Below the pieces are notes generated by a model. It was not told where the DNA came from and made no database searches. It saw only the letters and a list, made by a program, of their open reading frames with translations. A stretch of DNA of 64,000 nucleotides from a virus, in IMG/VR virus record IMGVR_UViG_3300029955_000013, positions 1 through 64,000 of that record; one strand, 5' to 3'. A program made the position numbers and the translations under genes. Of this stretch, positions 40,459-48,923 are shown in pieces. Position 1 is the first letter of the stretch. Each line of letters starts with the position of its first letter.

Positions 40459-42924
40459 TTAACCAACGTTACTCCCAATATAACTACCAGTGTTAACAAT
40501 ATCGCCTGCCTGACTCGCAGGCGGAATGGCGTTGCTTATAGGTGTTAACTGCGTGCTCGGTGCCGAAGGCGTTGTCTTGACGCTCTTGTTTATTATGTCC
40601 TGCAGTGTTTGAGGCTGGGATACGAGAGGGGCGGTAGTCGATATGTTGTTCGCAGACTTAGGTATCACCACCGGGCTTCCATTTATTATCAAGTCCGTGT
40701 TCGTTATATCTTGGTTACTCGCGCTGCTGCTGTATTGTTTGCTCTGCGTGGTAGTACTGTTGCTGTTCTGAGGGATGGACGCGCCGCCTATGACGGAAAC
40801 ACTGTTGCTACCGATGCCCATTTGCGCGGCTATCTGGTTGGCCACGTAAGCCACCCTTATGTATGCGTTCATAGCATCCTGCGCCGCCTGTTTTGCGGCC
40901 AAAGAGCTCGTTGTATTTTGCGTCACAGTCGTTAAGTTGTTGTAAGAGCTTTTATATGAGCTCAATTGGTTATTGTAATTAGCCGTGCCGTTCTGCAACA
41001 CAGAAGGGTTCGCGCTGGTGCCGTTAACCGGATTCGTCGTAGAGGACCCGGAAGAGTTGTTGTTGTCTATACTCAACAACCCCACACCAGTCTGCCTGCT
41101 TATTTCGCCGTTGTCGAACTCCCTTCTGTTATAGAAACCGAAATAGTTCGACGAAGGCTCGTCGTCGTGTATTACCTGGAGGTTCATATTGACTTTAACG
41201 GCCATTGGTACGTGGCCTATATACGATGGATTCAAGTCGATCATGTTGCTGAAATCGTTGAAGTCGAGTGTATAGTCTTTTATGGTGCAAACGAGGTCGA
41301 ACATGTCGGTTACCCTCAGTCTGATCAGCGGCTGCTCTTTCATTTTGCCGTCAGTTCTGTAGTAAGGATACACGCACTGGGCCAAGAAGTTCAACTTGAG
41401 CCACAACGTGTTAGGTGTGTCCGAATACTTGCCGGGTATGTGGTTTCCTACCTGGCCATCATATTTCTGTATTGGTGGTATCATGTAGCCGTTTCCCCAG
41501 TCGAGCTTTGCGTCCTGTATTGCTTGTATTTGATCGACAACATTCGTCGAGTTGGCGATCGCTTGATTCAATTGCTGCATAGCAGCGAAGTAGTCGAGCG
41601 AGAAGTCTGCGATTATAGAAAAGGATATGCTCATTGACCTCGTAGTGTTCTTATACATGGAAACACTCTCCCCCCTTCCAAGGAAATTGTACTCAGACTT
41701 CTGAGAAGAAAACTGGTCAGAAAACCCATCTATGTAGGCGGAGAAAACCATCCTGTTGCTCAAGTTGTTGTTGCCTGTTATGCCGAGCTGTGACGCAATA
41801 GGGTTCTTCTTATAAGGGTCACCATTGTCGTACCTTCCGTGCAGTTTTTCTATAAAAAATCTGTAGGCTCCTGGAGGGGTGTCGATGCTTGCCTTGCCGT
41901 ACATTTGCTGTATGGAATCGTTTATCTCCTGGCTGAATGGCGTGTCCTTCGTGCTCATCTTGGCCGCGTCTGGTATAAATTTCTTGCCCTTAGGCGTCGT
42001 CCTGCTGGCCCAACCCTTGAATAGCGTTGGGTCGTTTTGAGTGCTTGATGCGCCGTAAAACTGTACGTGTTGCGGGTTGAAGTCCTGATTATTAGCGTTG
42101 AAATCCGATATGTTCTGCATCAGATTGTTATACACGTAATCTTTACCATGTATGGGATAGTTGTCGAGCGGTTGAAATGTATCGACCGTTTTATTGGTCC
42201 CAGAATGAGATATGTCCATGGACCCTGGCGTCTGCTCAAGGTCAAAGCCAACGTTGGTGACGCCTGGAGTGTTAATGTATATTTTTTTGTTGTCTTGTTG
42301 TGATGTAGTGGCTGCGTCTTTGTTTATGTTATAACTATCAGTTGTGTTTCTATTTATAAGTTCAGTATGTACGTGATCGGACACCGCGAGCCAAAGCGGC
42401 TGGATGTCACCGTTGTTGAAGTCTGTGTTTATGTACTGGCTCGTATCAATCGTCTTGTCGTACTTTAACGGGTTCTGAACCGACGGGTCTGGAGCCTGTG
42501 TTATGCTATCAATGTTGTATACGAGCACATCATCAGAAATGTCGCTGGTGTTTGCCAGGTAGTTACTTATGTCACTATTCTGAGAGTTCATCGCATCAAA
42601 TACGTTCGAGTACTGGCTGTCAGCAAGCATCTGGCCGGCCACACCAGCGATTTCGACGTCTTGTACCGCTATTTGAATTCTGCTGTCGGCGTAGTATGCG
42701 AGAGTTGTGGCCTCTATTTCTGTCAGAACCTTAATGTAGTTCTCGTCCATCGTATCGGTAGGGCTGAACAGGCTCGCGCTCGTCTGGTTTATGAGCGCGA
42801 GCAATGCTCCATAAGTCGGGTCAACTCCCGTAACTGCATCCGTCACCGGCAATAGGGCGTTCGTCACGACCGAAGGCACACTGACTGGTATCGATAAGGG
42901 AAGACCTGGAATGTTTATAGGCAT
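40459..42924 (-). CDS. Baseplate/tail-tube initiator-like protein
   Basis: FSAYIDGFSDQFS......FLGRGE.V..Y..TTRS.SISF; P.IRLR..D. Confidence 0.65.
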   Translation of the reverse strand: MPINIPGLPLSIPVSVPSVVTNALLPVTDAVTGVDPTYGALLALINQTSASLFSPTDTMDENYIKVLTEIEATTLAYYADSRIQIAVQDVEIAGVAGQMLADSQYSNVFDAMNSQNSDISNYLANTSDISDDVLVYNIDSITQAPDPSVQNPLKYDKTIDTSQYINTDFNNGDIQPLWLAVSDHVHTELINRNTTDSYNINKDAATTSQQDNKKIYINTPGVTNVGFDLEQTPGSMDISHSGTNKTVDTFQPLDNYPIHGKDYVYNNLMQNISDFNANNQDFNPQHVQFYGASSTQNDPTLFKGWASRTTPKGKKFIPDAAKMSTKDTPFSQEINDSIQQMYGKASIDTPPGAYRFFIEKLHGRYDNGDPYKKNPIASQLGITGNNNLSNRMVFSAYIDGFSDQFSSQKSEYNFLGRGESVSMYKNTTRSMSISFSIIADFSLDYFAAMQQLNQAIANSTNVVDQIQAIQDAKLDWGNGYMIPPIQKYDGQVGNHIPGKYSDTPNTLWLKLNFLAQCVYPYYRTDGKMKEQPLIRLRVTDMFDLVCTIKDYTLDFNDFSNMIDLNPSYIGHVPMAVKVNMNLQVIHDDEPSSNYFGFYNRREFDNGEISRQTGVGLLSIDNNNSSGSSTTNPVNGTSANPSVLQNGTANYNNQLSSYKSSYNNLTTVTQNTTSSLAAKQAAQDAMNAYIRVAYVANQIAAQMGIGSNSVSVIGGASIPQNSNSTTTQSKQYSSSASNQDITNTDLIINGSPVVIPKSANNISTTAPLVSQPQTLQDIINKSVKTTPSAPSTQLTPISNAIPPASQAGDIVNTGSYIGSNVG

Positions 42925-42973
42925 TAACTATTTTTATTTTAAATAAGACAGAAGGCTCGTTTTTTACGTTTTT

Positions 42974-43030
42974 GTGAAATCCGCGCACTATATACGGATA
43001 TATTGTATATATTATAATAGAAAGTTCCAG
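42974..43030. repeat. 57-bp perfect inverted repeat, right copy
   Basis: Exact reverse complement of 24214-24270. Confidence 0.95.
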
Positions 43031-43100
43031 AAAATATGGAGCTGTGGTGTGTTCTTCTATCTTATTTGTGCTTTTTGAAACTTATGTACATATTTGCTCT

Positions 43101-43310
43101 ATGAAAAGGAATAGCAAAACATACTTGATTTTCGTAGCGTTAATGCTCGTTTGTATTTTATTGGAAGATTTTTTTTGTCGGCTCGCTTTCGGCACTTGGC
43201 GCGTACAGGAATACCCCGTGTTCGGCATTGTCATTTGGCTATTCAGTTTGATCTGGATCGGGCGAGAGTGTGCAGACCTGAGCATAATTCTTACTGAAAA
43301 CGAAAAATAA
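43101..43310 (+). CDS. Small two-TM membrane protein
   Basis: ATG at 43101; two hydrophobic segments. Confidence 0.55.
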   Translation: MKRNSKTYLIFVALMLVCILLEDFFCRLAFGTWRVQEYPVFGIVIWLFSLIWIGRECADLSIILTENEK

Positions 43311-43334
43311 ATTTTTTTATTTCGGAATTACCCA

Positions 43335-43363
43335 TATCTTTGTCTTCTAATTGGGTATTTAAA
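43335..43363 (+). promoter_or_regulatory. Tandem host-type (TATCTTTG) and late-type (TATTTAAA) promoter motifs for tmRNA
   Basis: Both motifs within 50 bp upstream of tmRNA. Confidence 0.55.
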
Positions 43364-43384
43364 GTATTAGTTCTTTTACATTAT

Positions 43385-43797
43385 GGGGCCAAACAGGTTA
43401 TCGACTTAACGGTGTATGAGTCAGTAGTCATGCAGGGACAATTCGAATTGAGTTCCTCTAATAAATACATTCGATGCTATAAACGCAAAAAACAAAAGAA
43501 TCGCTGAAGGCGGCGCAATTCTAAGAAACATTTTCAGCAAGTCCGAAGCACCTTGTGCTATCGCAGCCTAATAAGCTTGCTGGAGAGTGCGCAAACTACT
43601 AAGTGTTTGCCAAGTGTGGTCGGGTAAATGTGGTTTCGCTTTTCTGCCATTGAGCGTAACTGCAGCACTTAGCAAAATGCTGTTATACCGAGATATAAAT
43701 GCAATCTGATATTCTCCTGGAAGAAACCAGCGATAAGCATGTGAGTTCCTACAGAACGTAAACGTTAAACACGAGGGTTCGACTCCCTCTGGCTCCA
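43385..43797 (+). ncRNA. ssrA: tmRNA; predicted tag AKNKRIAEGGAILRNIFSKSEAPCAIAA (43485-43571)
   Basis: GGGGCCA/TGGCTCC-A acceptor with G3.U70, 5' GGTTATCGAC, T-arm GAGGG-TTCGACT-CCCTC, ATAAAC|GCA resume context, tag ending IAA then TAATAA. Confidence 0.93.
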
Positions 43798-43838
43798 CCG
43801 AACCTAAATTTAATAGTATTTAAAGTGTAAAGTTTTGA

Positions 43839-44762
43839 ATGAATTTGAATTTAGGTAAACAGAAATTTTTTGTGATCTATCAGATTACCAATTTATTGAA
43901 TGGTAAGATTTATGTCGGTGCACATTGTACTTATGATGTGAATGATAAGTACATGGGTAGCTCCAAACACCTCAAAAAAGATATTAAAGAGTTAGGCCGA
44001 CAGAATTTTGCGAAGGAGATTTTACATGTCTTTGACAATAAAGAAGACATGATGGCAAAAGAGGCAGAAATTGTTGATCAAGAGTTCTGTCATCGAACTG
44101 ATACTTACAATCGTATGATTGGCGGGATAACAGAAATGTTATGGAATAATATGGTTTCGGTTCGAGATAAGGATGGAAACTATTTGAAAGTGTATAATGA
44201 TGATCCGCGTTATCTTTCCGGAGAATTTGTTGGTTGTACTAATGGTTTTGTTCCAGTAAAAGATGTTGAAGGAAATTTTTTACAAGTTGCTAAAGATGAC
44301 CCACGTTATTTGTCTGGTGAATTAGTTAGTTCTGCAAAAGGAATTTTTAACGCCAAGGATAAAGACGGTAATGTTTATCAAATCAGTAATAAAGATATAA
44401 GGTGGTTATCTGGAGAGTTGGTTGGATTAACTGCTGGTTTACATGGCAATTGTGCGTTCAGTGGTAAAAAACATTCAGAAGAAACAAAAGCCAAGATCGG
44501 AAAGAAAAATTCTTTAGCTCAAAGTGGAAGTGGTAATTCAATGTTTGGTAAAAAGCAAACAAAAGAATCTAACGATAAACGGCTTGATAAGATGGGTAAA
44601 AGTTTTTTTGTATTTGATACTGATGGCAATTTTATTTCGCAAGAATTTGGAATAAATCAATATGCGAATAAAAATAACTTAACTGCCACAAGCATTGTTC
44701 AGTGTTTGAAAGGTAAACAAATAAGTCATAAAGGTTTTAAGTTTTTATACGAAAATATTTGA
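43839..44762 (+). CDS. GIY-YIG homing endonuclease with NUMOD-type repeats
   Basis: VIYQITNLLNGKIYVG, YMGS; D.R.LSGE.VG x3; GKKHSEETKAKI, NSMFGKK. Confidence 0.85.
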   Translation: MNLNLGKQKFFVIYQITNLLNGKIYVGAHCTYDVNDKYMGSSKHLKKDIKELGRQNFAKEILHVFDNKEDMMAKEAEIVDQEFCHRTDTYNRMIGGITEMLWNNMVSVRDKDGNYLKVYNDDPRYLSGEFVGCTNGFVPVKDVEGNFLQVAKDDPRYLSGELVSSAKGIFNAKDKDGNVYQISNKDIRWLSGELVGLTAGLHGNCAFSGKKHSEETKAKIGKKNSLAQSGSGNSMFGKKQTKESNDKRLDKMGKSFFVFDTDGNFISQEFGINQYANKNNLTATSIVQCLKGKQISHKGFKFLYENI

Positions 44763-44766
44763 GATT

Positions 44767-45015
44767 ATGGGTAGTTTCAGGATTGAGATTAATGCAGTCG
44801 GTGGTCATGGTGTCGATAGGGATGTAAAGGATGGAGAAATTGTAAACTTCTTTAAGGAGGGAAGTACTACTCCAGATGCGATTGCAAAGTCGATTGTTTT
44901 GATCTTACAGCACCACGGCGTTATGGTTGACACTGCTACTCTAACACACTGGCCGGGCCAGGAAGGAGAAGTCCAGGACAATCTGATAACCGGCAAGCGA
45001 AAAGGAAATTTTTAA
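44767..45015 (+). CDS. Hypothetical protein
   Basis: Clean ORF. Confidence 0.6.
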   Translation: MGSFRIEINAVGGHGVDRDVKDGEIVNFFKEGSTTPDAIAKSIVLILQHHGVMVDTATLTHWPGQEGEVQDNLITGKRKGNF

Positions 45016-45050
45016 TTTGAAGCCCAACCTCATCGGAATTGGACTGATGT

Positions 45051-45251
45051 TTGGGTTTTTTAATTTTATTAATGTATGTAGTTATATTCATTTTTACGGT
45101 AGGAATGCTTTTGGTAATTGAACGGTTAATAAAGCGAACACTCGAGGTCAAGCAACATTTGTTTGGTCTCAGGGATGAATTCAAAAAATTAACCGACGAT
45201 ATGATTAAAAGTGATTTTGCTATGAATGAAAAGGCTGCTCTACAAGATTAA
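45051..45251 (+). CDS. Small membrane protein (start uncertain)
   Basis: N-terminal TM helix. Confidence 0.5.
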   Translation: MGFLILLMYVVIFIFTVGMLLVIERLIKRTLEVKQHLFGLRDEFKKLTDDMIKSDFAMNEKAALQD

Positions 45252-45372
45252 ATGTGAATGGTTTAAAGTCCACACCTTTAAACGTGATTCTATTTATTTT
45301 TTTAGAGGCAATTTGATCAGGAGGTACAGGTGCATACATTGCGGCGAGACGGTTATAGTGGAGAAGAAATAA
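45226..45372 (+). CDS. 48-aa putative zinc-binding protein (not in ORF track)
   Basis: MKRLLYKIKCEWFKVH...RCIHCG: C-x5-H and CxxC. Confidence 0.55.
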   Translation: MKRLLYKIKCEWFKVHTFKRDSIYFFRGNLIRRYRCIHCGETVIVEKK

Positions 45373-45378
45373 AGCAAA

Positions 45379-45402
45379 CGGACACATTTTTGTGTCCTTT
45401 TC
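45379..45402 (+). terminator. Probable intrinsic terminator
   Basis: GGACACA-TTTT-TGTGTCC then T-tract. Confidence 0.65.
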
Positions 45403-45439
45403 TATTTATAACTCTAATATTTAAAATATAAATACTTAA

Positions 45440-46933
45440 ATGGCCAGTAGGGAATTTGCTGAACAATTACAGACAAGACGTTTTGAAGAGGTAAAGGCGC
45501 TTTTCGCGAGTGTTATCAAAAAGGCGAGAATACTTCAGAAAGGCCTTGACAAGGAAAAGAGGTCTACGGACGACTTTGCATACATGATCGGCGAGCTGCT
45601 TGAGATACAGGAGCACTTCCAGAATTACAGCAAGGAAAAAACTGTTGCCGCACCGAGGGAGAACAACTTCGAGTACTTTAAGGCACTTGCCCGCAACGTA
45701 ATGGTCAGCGTTTCAAATCTTTACAAAGAGCTTGTCAAAGGCGGCTATACCACCGACGATCTCGGCTACGTCAAAGGCATCCTCAGGGACCTTAACAATA
45801 GGCTTTCCGGGTATGACACTATAAAGGAGGGCAGGACGCCGGTTGTTCGCACGAACAGGGTTAGGAGTATTATAAACAAGTTCTCTGGCAACATACTTAC
45901 GATAGAGGACGTCGAGGCTTTCTTCGCCGCGCTTACCAACCAACTTGGTATAGATTTTCACCCAGAAGACAGCTTCTATGATTACATAGACAATAACGGC
46001 CACATGACATTCTCGCCTGCGGACGCAACAGACCTCGACGAGATCATGTCCAATTGCGATGATGTTTGTTCGAGTAAAGGCTTGGATGTAAACCAGGTGG
46101 CGCTCGATACGGTCAATAATAACAAAAGCAACCCGCCTGCGGATGATGACGCCTCACAAGTAGAGGACGAGCAGCCGCTTGAGGAAGAGGACGAGCCGGA
46201 TTATAGCGACGAGGACAACGAGCATGAAAATTCACAGCAGGTCGATGACTTCATTTACAACCTTAAGACGGCCGCAGCGGGTAACCCTAACGCCCTCATC
46301 AAGAAGGCGCAAGAGCTTTCACAGAATTTCAGTTTGGATTTCATGGAATACCTAATAGACGTGCTCGAGCAGAATAATTACAGGGCTGCGGCGGCTGGCG
46401 TAAAGCAGAGCTTCGAGCAGAGGAGCAAAAGCGAGGAGTATAATCACTTCAAGGACAAGATTGATATGAACAGTCGCCTGAATTCTTCTAACTTCAACGA
46501 GAGCGAGTTTGATGATTTCGATACACAGCAACAACCTGAGGAGCAGGATGTCGAGGACTATGGCGACATGGACCAAGAGCCAGTATCGCAGGACGTGATT
46601 GACGAGCTTGAGCACTTCATCAAGCAGGTGAAGATAAACGCGTTGAGGAACCAAAATAATATAAACGACGAGGCTGGCGCCGCGTTCGCCCAATCTTCAG
46701 GTTATAGCAAAGAGGAGCTTGCTGAGTTTTTAAAGGTCCTGAAAGATCACGGAGGTTTCGACCAGATTGTCAAAGGCATAACTGAGGCGATGAGCGACGA
46801 CGGTAGCAACGATGAGGCGCCTATGTGTCATGCATGCAACGGTACTGGAGAGGGGCCTGCGAGCGGTACTTCCTGCCGTTCATGTGGAGGAAGCGGCGTG
46901 GAAGATGTAAGAAATACCTACCAGGACTATTAA
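45440..46933 (+). CDS. Acidic late protein with C-terminal DnaJ-type CxxCxGxG zinc finger
   Basis: CHACNGTG..CRSCGGSG; late motif upstream. Confidence 0.65.
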   Translation: MASREFAEQLQTRRFEEVKALFASVIKKARILQKGLDKEKRSTDDFAYMIGELLEIQEHFQNYSKEKTVAAPRENNFEYFKALARNVMVSVSNLYKELVKGGYTTDDLGYVKGILRDLNNRLSGYDTIKEGRTPVVRTNRVRSIINKFSGNILTIEDVEAFFAALTNQLGIDFHPEDSFYDYIDNNGHMTFSPADATDLDEIMSNCDDVCSSKGLDVNQVALDTVNNNKSNPPADDDASQVEDEQPLEEEDEPDYSDEDNEHENSQQVDDFIYNLKTAAAGNPNALIKKAQELSQNFSLDFMEYLIDVLEQNNYRAAAAGVKQSFEQRSKSEEYNHFKDKIDMNSRLNSSNFNESEFDDFDTQQQPEEQDVEDYGDMDQEPVSQDVIDELEHFIKQVKINALRNQNNINDEAGAAFAQSSGYSKEELAEFLKVLKDHGGFDQIVKGITEAMSDDGSNDEAPMCHACNGTGEGPASGTSCRSCGGSGVEDVRNTYQDY

Positions 46934-47002
46934 GGAAAACGGGTTTCTGGGAAAAAAACAAGAAAATTTTTGAAAAAATTTTTTTATTCTGGAAAAGTAC
47001 CG

Positions 47003-47010
47003 TACATTTG
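47003..47010 (+). promoter_or_regulatory. Bacteroidota-type -7 promoter of leader/tRNA operon
   Basis: TACATTTG preceded by long A/T tracts. Confidence 0.7.
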
Positions 47011-47055
47011 TACTCTAAATAGCAAATAAGCAAATTTAAAGTATATAAAATATAT

Positions 47056-47148
47056 ATGAACAACAAGGTAAACATATTGATATTAGGCACCGAAGGCACA
47101 ACAGAGATTCTCGAAGGAATCCACTGGCTCCCAGCTCTATGTTCGTAA
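47056..47148 (+). CDS. Putative attenuator leader peptide MNNKVNILILGTEGTTEILEGIHWLPALCS
   Basis: 30 codons between promoter and terminator; 3' end overlaps predicted antiterminator; codons match downstream tRNAs. Confidence 0.7.
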   Translation: MNNKVNILILGTEGTTEILEGIHWLPALCS

Positions 47149-47170
47149 GTTTACATTATGAATAAATTCG

Positions 47171-47205
47171 AAGCCTGGGAATAATCACCCAGGCTTTTTT
47201 ATTTT
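47171..47205 (+). terminator. Intrinsic terminator (attenuator) immediately before first tRNA
   Basis: AAGCCTGGG-AATAATCA-CCCAGGCTT then TTTTATTTT. Confidence 0.85.
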
Positions 47206-47208
47206 AAC

Positions 47209-47284
47209 GGGAAAATCGCATAGTCAGGTCTATTGCCTCTGCCTTCCAAGCAGGTGTTCGTCGGTTCGAATCCGTCTTTTCCCT
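47209..47284 (+). tRNA. tRNA-Gly(TCC)
   Basis: GGGAAAA/TTTTCCC acceptor, U73, TCTGC-CT TCC AA-GCAGG. Confidence 0.85.
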
Positions 47285-47341
47285 CACACGGGGCTCAGAT
47301 ACAAAGGTATCGTCTGCCCATGTTCTTTGACATATTATTAA

Positions 47342-47420
47342 GCCATGGTGGCACAGTGGTCGACTGCACCGGTCTTGTAAACCGGAATACAACACGTGGG
47401 TTCGAATCCCACCCATGGCT
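47342..47420 (+). tRNA. tRNA-Thr(TGT)
   Basis: GCCATGG/CCATGGC, CCGGT-CT TGT AA-ACCGG. Confidence 0.9.
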
Positions 47421-47426
47421 CATTAT

Positions 47427-47498
47427 CATCCTGTAGTCTAACGGTTAGGACGTCAGATTTTCACTCTGGAGATGGGGGTTCGATTCTCCCCAGGATGG
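47427..47498 (+). tRNA. tRNA-Glu(TTC)
   Basis: CATCCTG/CAGGATG, TCAGA-TT TTC AC-TCTGG. Confidence 0.9.
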
Positions 47499-47531
47499 CG
47501 ATTTTTAAAAGCTAATTTATAAATTCGTTTT

Positions 47532-48251
47532 ATGGAAAATCTTTATGACATTAACGGCCTCGTTTTCTGGAGCAAGAGGGAGATACAGTTTAGGAGGTAT
47601 GCGCAGGAATTTTTTTCGAGGGAGATAAGTGACCTGCTCATATTTGAGAACAAGAGCTGGTCTTTCCATGAGACTGAAGGCCCGCTGCTCATTCCTAAGT
47701 CCTTAATCAACGCCGATTATACCAACGAGGACATTTGGGTACAGGAAGTAATTGGCGACGATAACGAGCTCGTATTGAGGCCTGAGACTACTCCAAGCTC
47801 TTTCCGGTATGCGGTTTCTTTGATAAATAACTATGTTTCGCTCCCACCTATGGTTGTGGAGCAGACCGGCAAGTCATTCAGGCGGGAGCAGGATCAGGTC
47901 TCAAAGAACATGAGGCTCAAGGAATTCTACCAGCAGGAGTTCCAGTGCATTTATGCGGCGGACACCTTTAATGATTATCAGTCTAAGATATTGCCCGGCT
48001 TGGTGGCGGTTTTCCAAAAGCTGATTGGTAAGCCTTGCAGGATGGTAGATAGCGACAGGCTGCCTTCTTACAGCTTAAGGACTGTCGATGTGGAGGTGAA
48101 TAATGGTAACAAGTGGATGGAGGTTTGTTCTGTTTCAAAACGTACGGATTTTCCTATTCAAGTTAAGTTTGGTTCCAAGGAACCGAAGCCTATGCTGGTT
48201 CTCGAGATCGCGATAGGCCTTGACAGGTGCGTTTACAATTACTTTTTATAA
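47532..48251 (+). CDS. glyS: Minimal glycyl-tRNA synthetase-like protein (alpha2-type catalytic core only, 239 aa)
   Basis: LRPET, motif 2 GKSFRRE..RLKEFYQQEFQ, TVDVE, motif 3 VLEIAIGLDR; ends before the anticodon-binding domain. Confidence 0.75.
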   Translation: MENLYDINGLVFWSKREIQFRRYAQEFFSREISDLLIFENKSWSFHETEGPLLIPKSLINADYTNEDIWVQEVIGDDNELVLRPETTPSSFRYAVSLINNYVSLPPMVVEQTGKSFRREQDQVSKNMRLKEFYQQEFQCIYAADTFNDYQSKILPGLVAVFQKLIGKPCRMVDSDRLPSYSLRTVDVEVNNGNKWMEVCSVSKRTDFPIQVKFGSKEPKPMLVLEIAIGLDRCVYNYFL

Positions 48252-48268
48252 TATTTTGCGGCCGAAAA

Positions 48269-48339
48269 GCATTTGTAGTTCAGTGATAGAACATGCCTCT
48301 CGTAAAGGTAAAACAGCAGTTTGATTCTGCTCTAATGCT
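48269..48339 (+). tRNA. tRNA-Thr(CGT), slightly degenerate
   Basis: TGCCT-CT CGT AA-AGGTA; T-loop TTTGATT; one acceptor mismatch. Confidence 0.7.
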
Positions 48340-48396
48340 CATAAAGTTTTATTACTCTGGGGATTTCGATGTACATTTGCTTTGAAACATTATTCT

Positions 48397-48915
48397 ATGT
48401 ACAACATAAACAAGCGAGCGTTGGATATAAGGAAGATGTTTGGTGAGATTGCAGACATGAACAGTCCTTATGCTGGAACTCTGGATCTCGTTGTTAGGGA
48501 GGAAAAGATTTTCTGCATACTTGCCGAGTCGGTTAGCCAAACGCAGGCGAACTTCATGGTTCAAGAAATCTCAATGTCTTTCTTCCAGGACACGAAGAAC
48601 ATGTTGCTGTCGCAGGCCAAACTGATGCAGAATTTCATAGACACTTATTCTTCGTACGGTCCTGAGTTTAAGATAATAGAAGGGCAGCGAATGGCGTACC
48701 AGAATATGCTTAATTCAATAAATGGTTTGATCGAAGATGTTGACTCACATATAGAATTGTACACTCAATATATTGCGACCAACAACATAATAAAGAAAAG
48801 TATGAAGAAGACTATGAGGGAATGGAAGAAGAACGGTTTTCCTGATCGTTTTGCCGACTCGAGAGATATTCAGATAGTTCCAGACATAATGGGTAATGGT
48901 ACCACACCACCATAA
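48397..48915 (+). CDS. Hypothetical protein
   Basis: ATG at 48397 downstream of TACATTTG (48372). Confidence 0.6.
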   Translation: MYNINKRALDIRKMFGEIADMNSPYAGTLDLVVREEKIFCILAESVSQTQANFMVQEISMSFFQDTKNMLLSQAKLMQNFIDTYSSYGPEFKIIEGQRMAYQNMLNSINGLIEDVDSHIELYTQYIATNNIIKKSMKKTMREWKKNGFPDRFADSRDIQIVPDIMGNGTTPP

Positions 48916-48923
48916 ATTAAAAT

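Noticed and set aside
43568-43798. Tracked short ORFs overlapping RNA genes (43568-, 47204-, 47233+, 50046-, 50105-, 59740- and the 5' parts of 51610+, 55459+, 58394+)
   Set aside because: They are read-throughs or antisense shadows of tmRNA/tRNA sequences.
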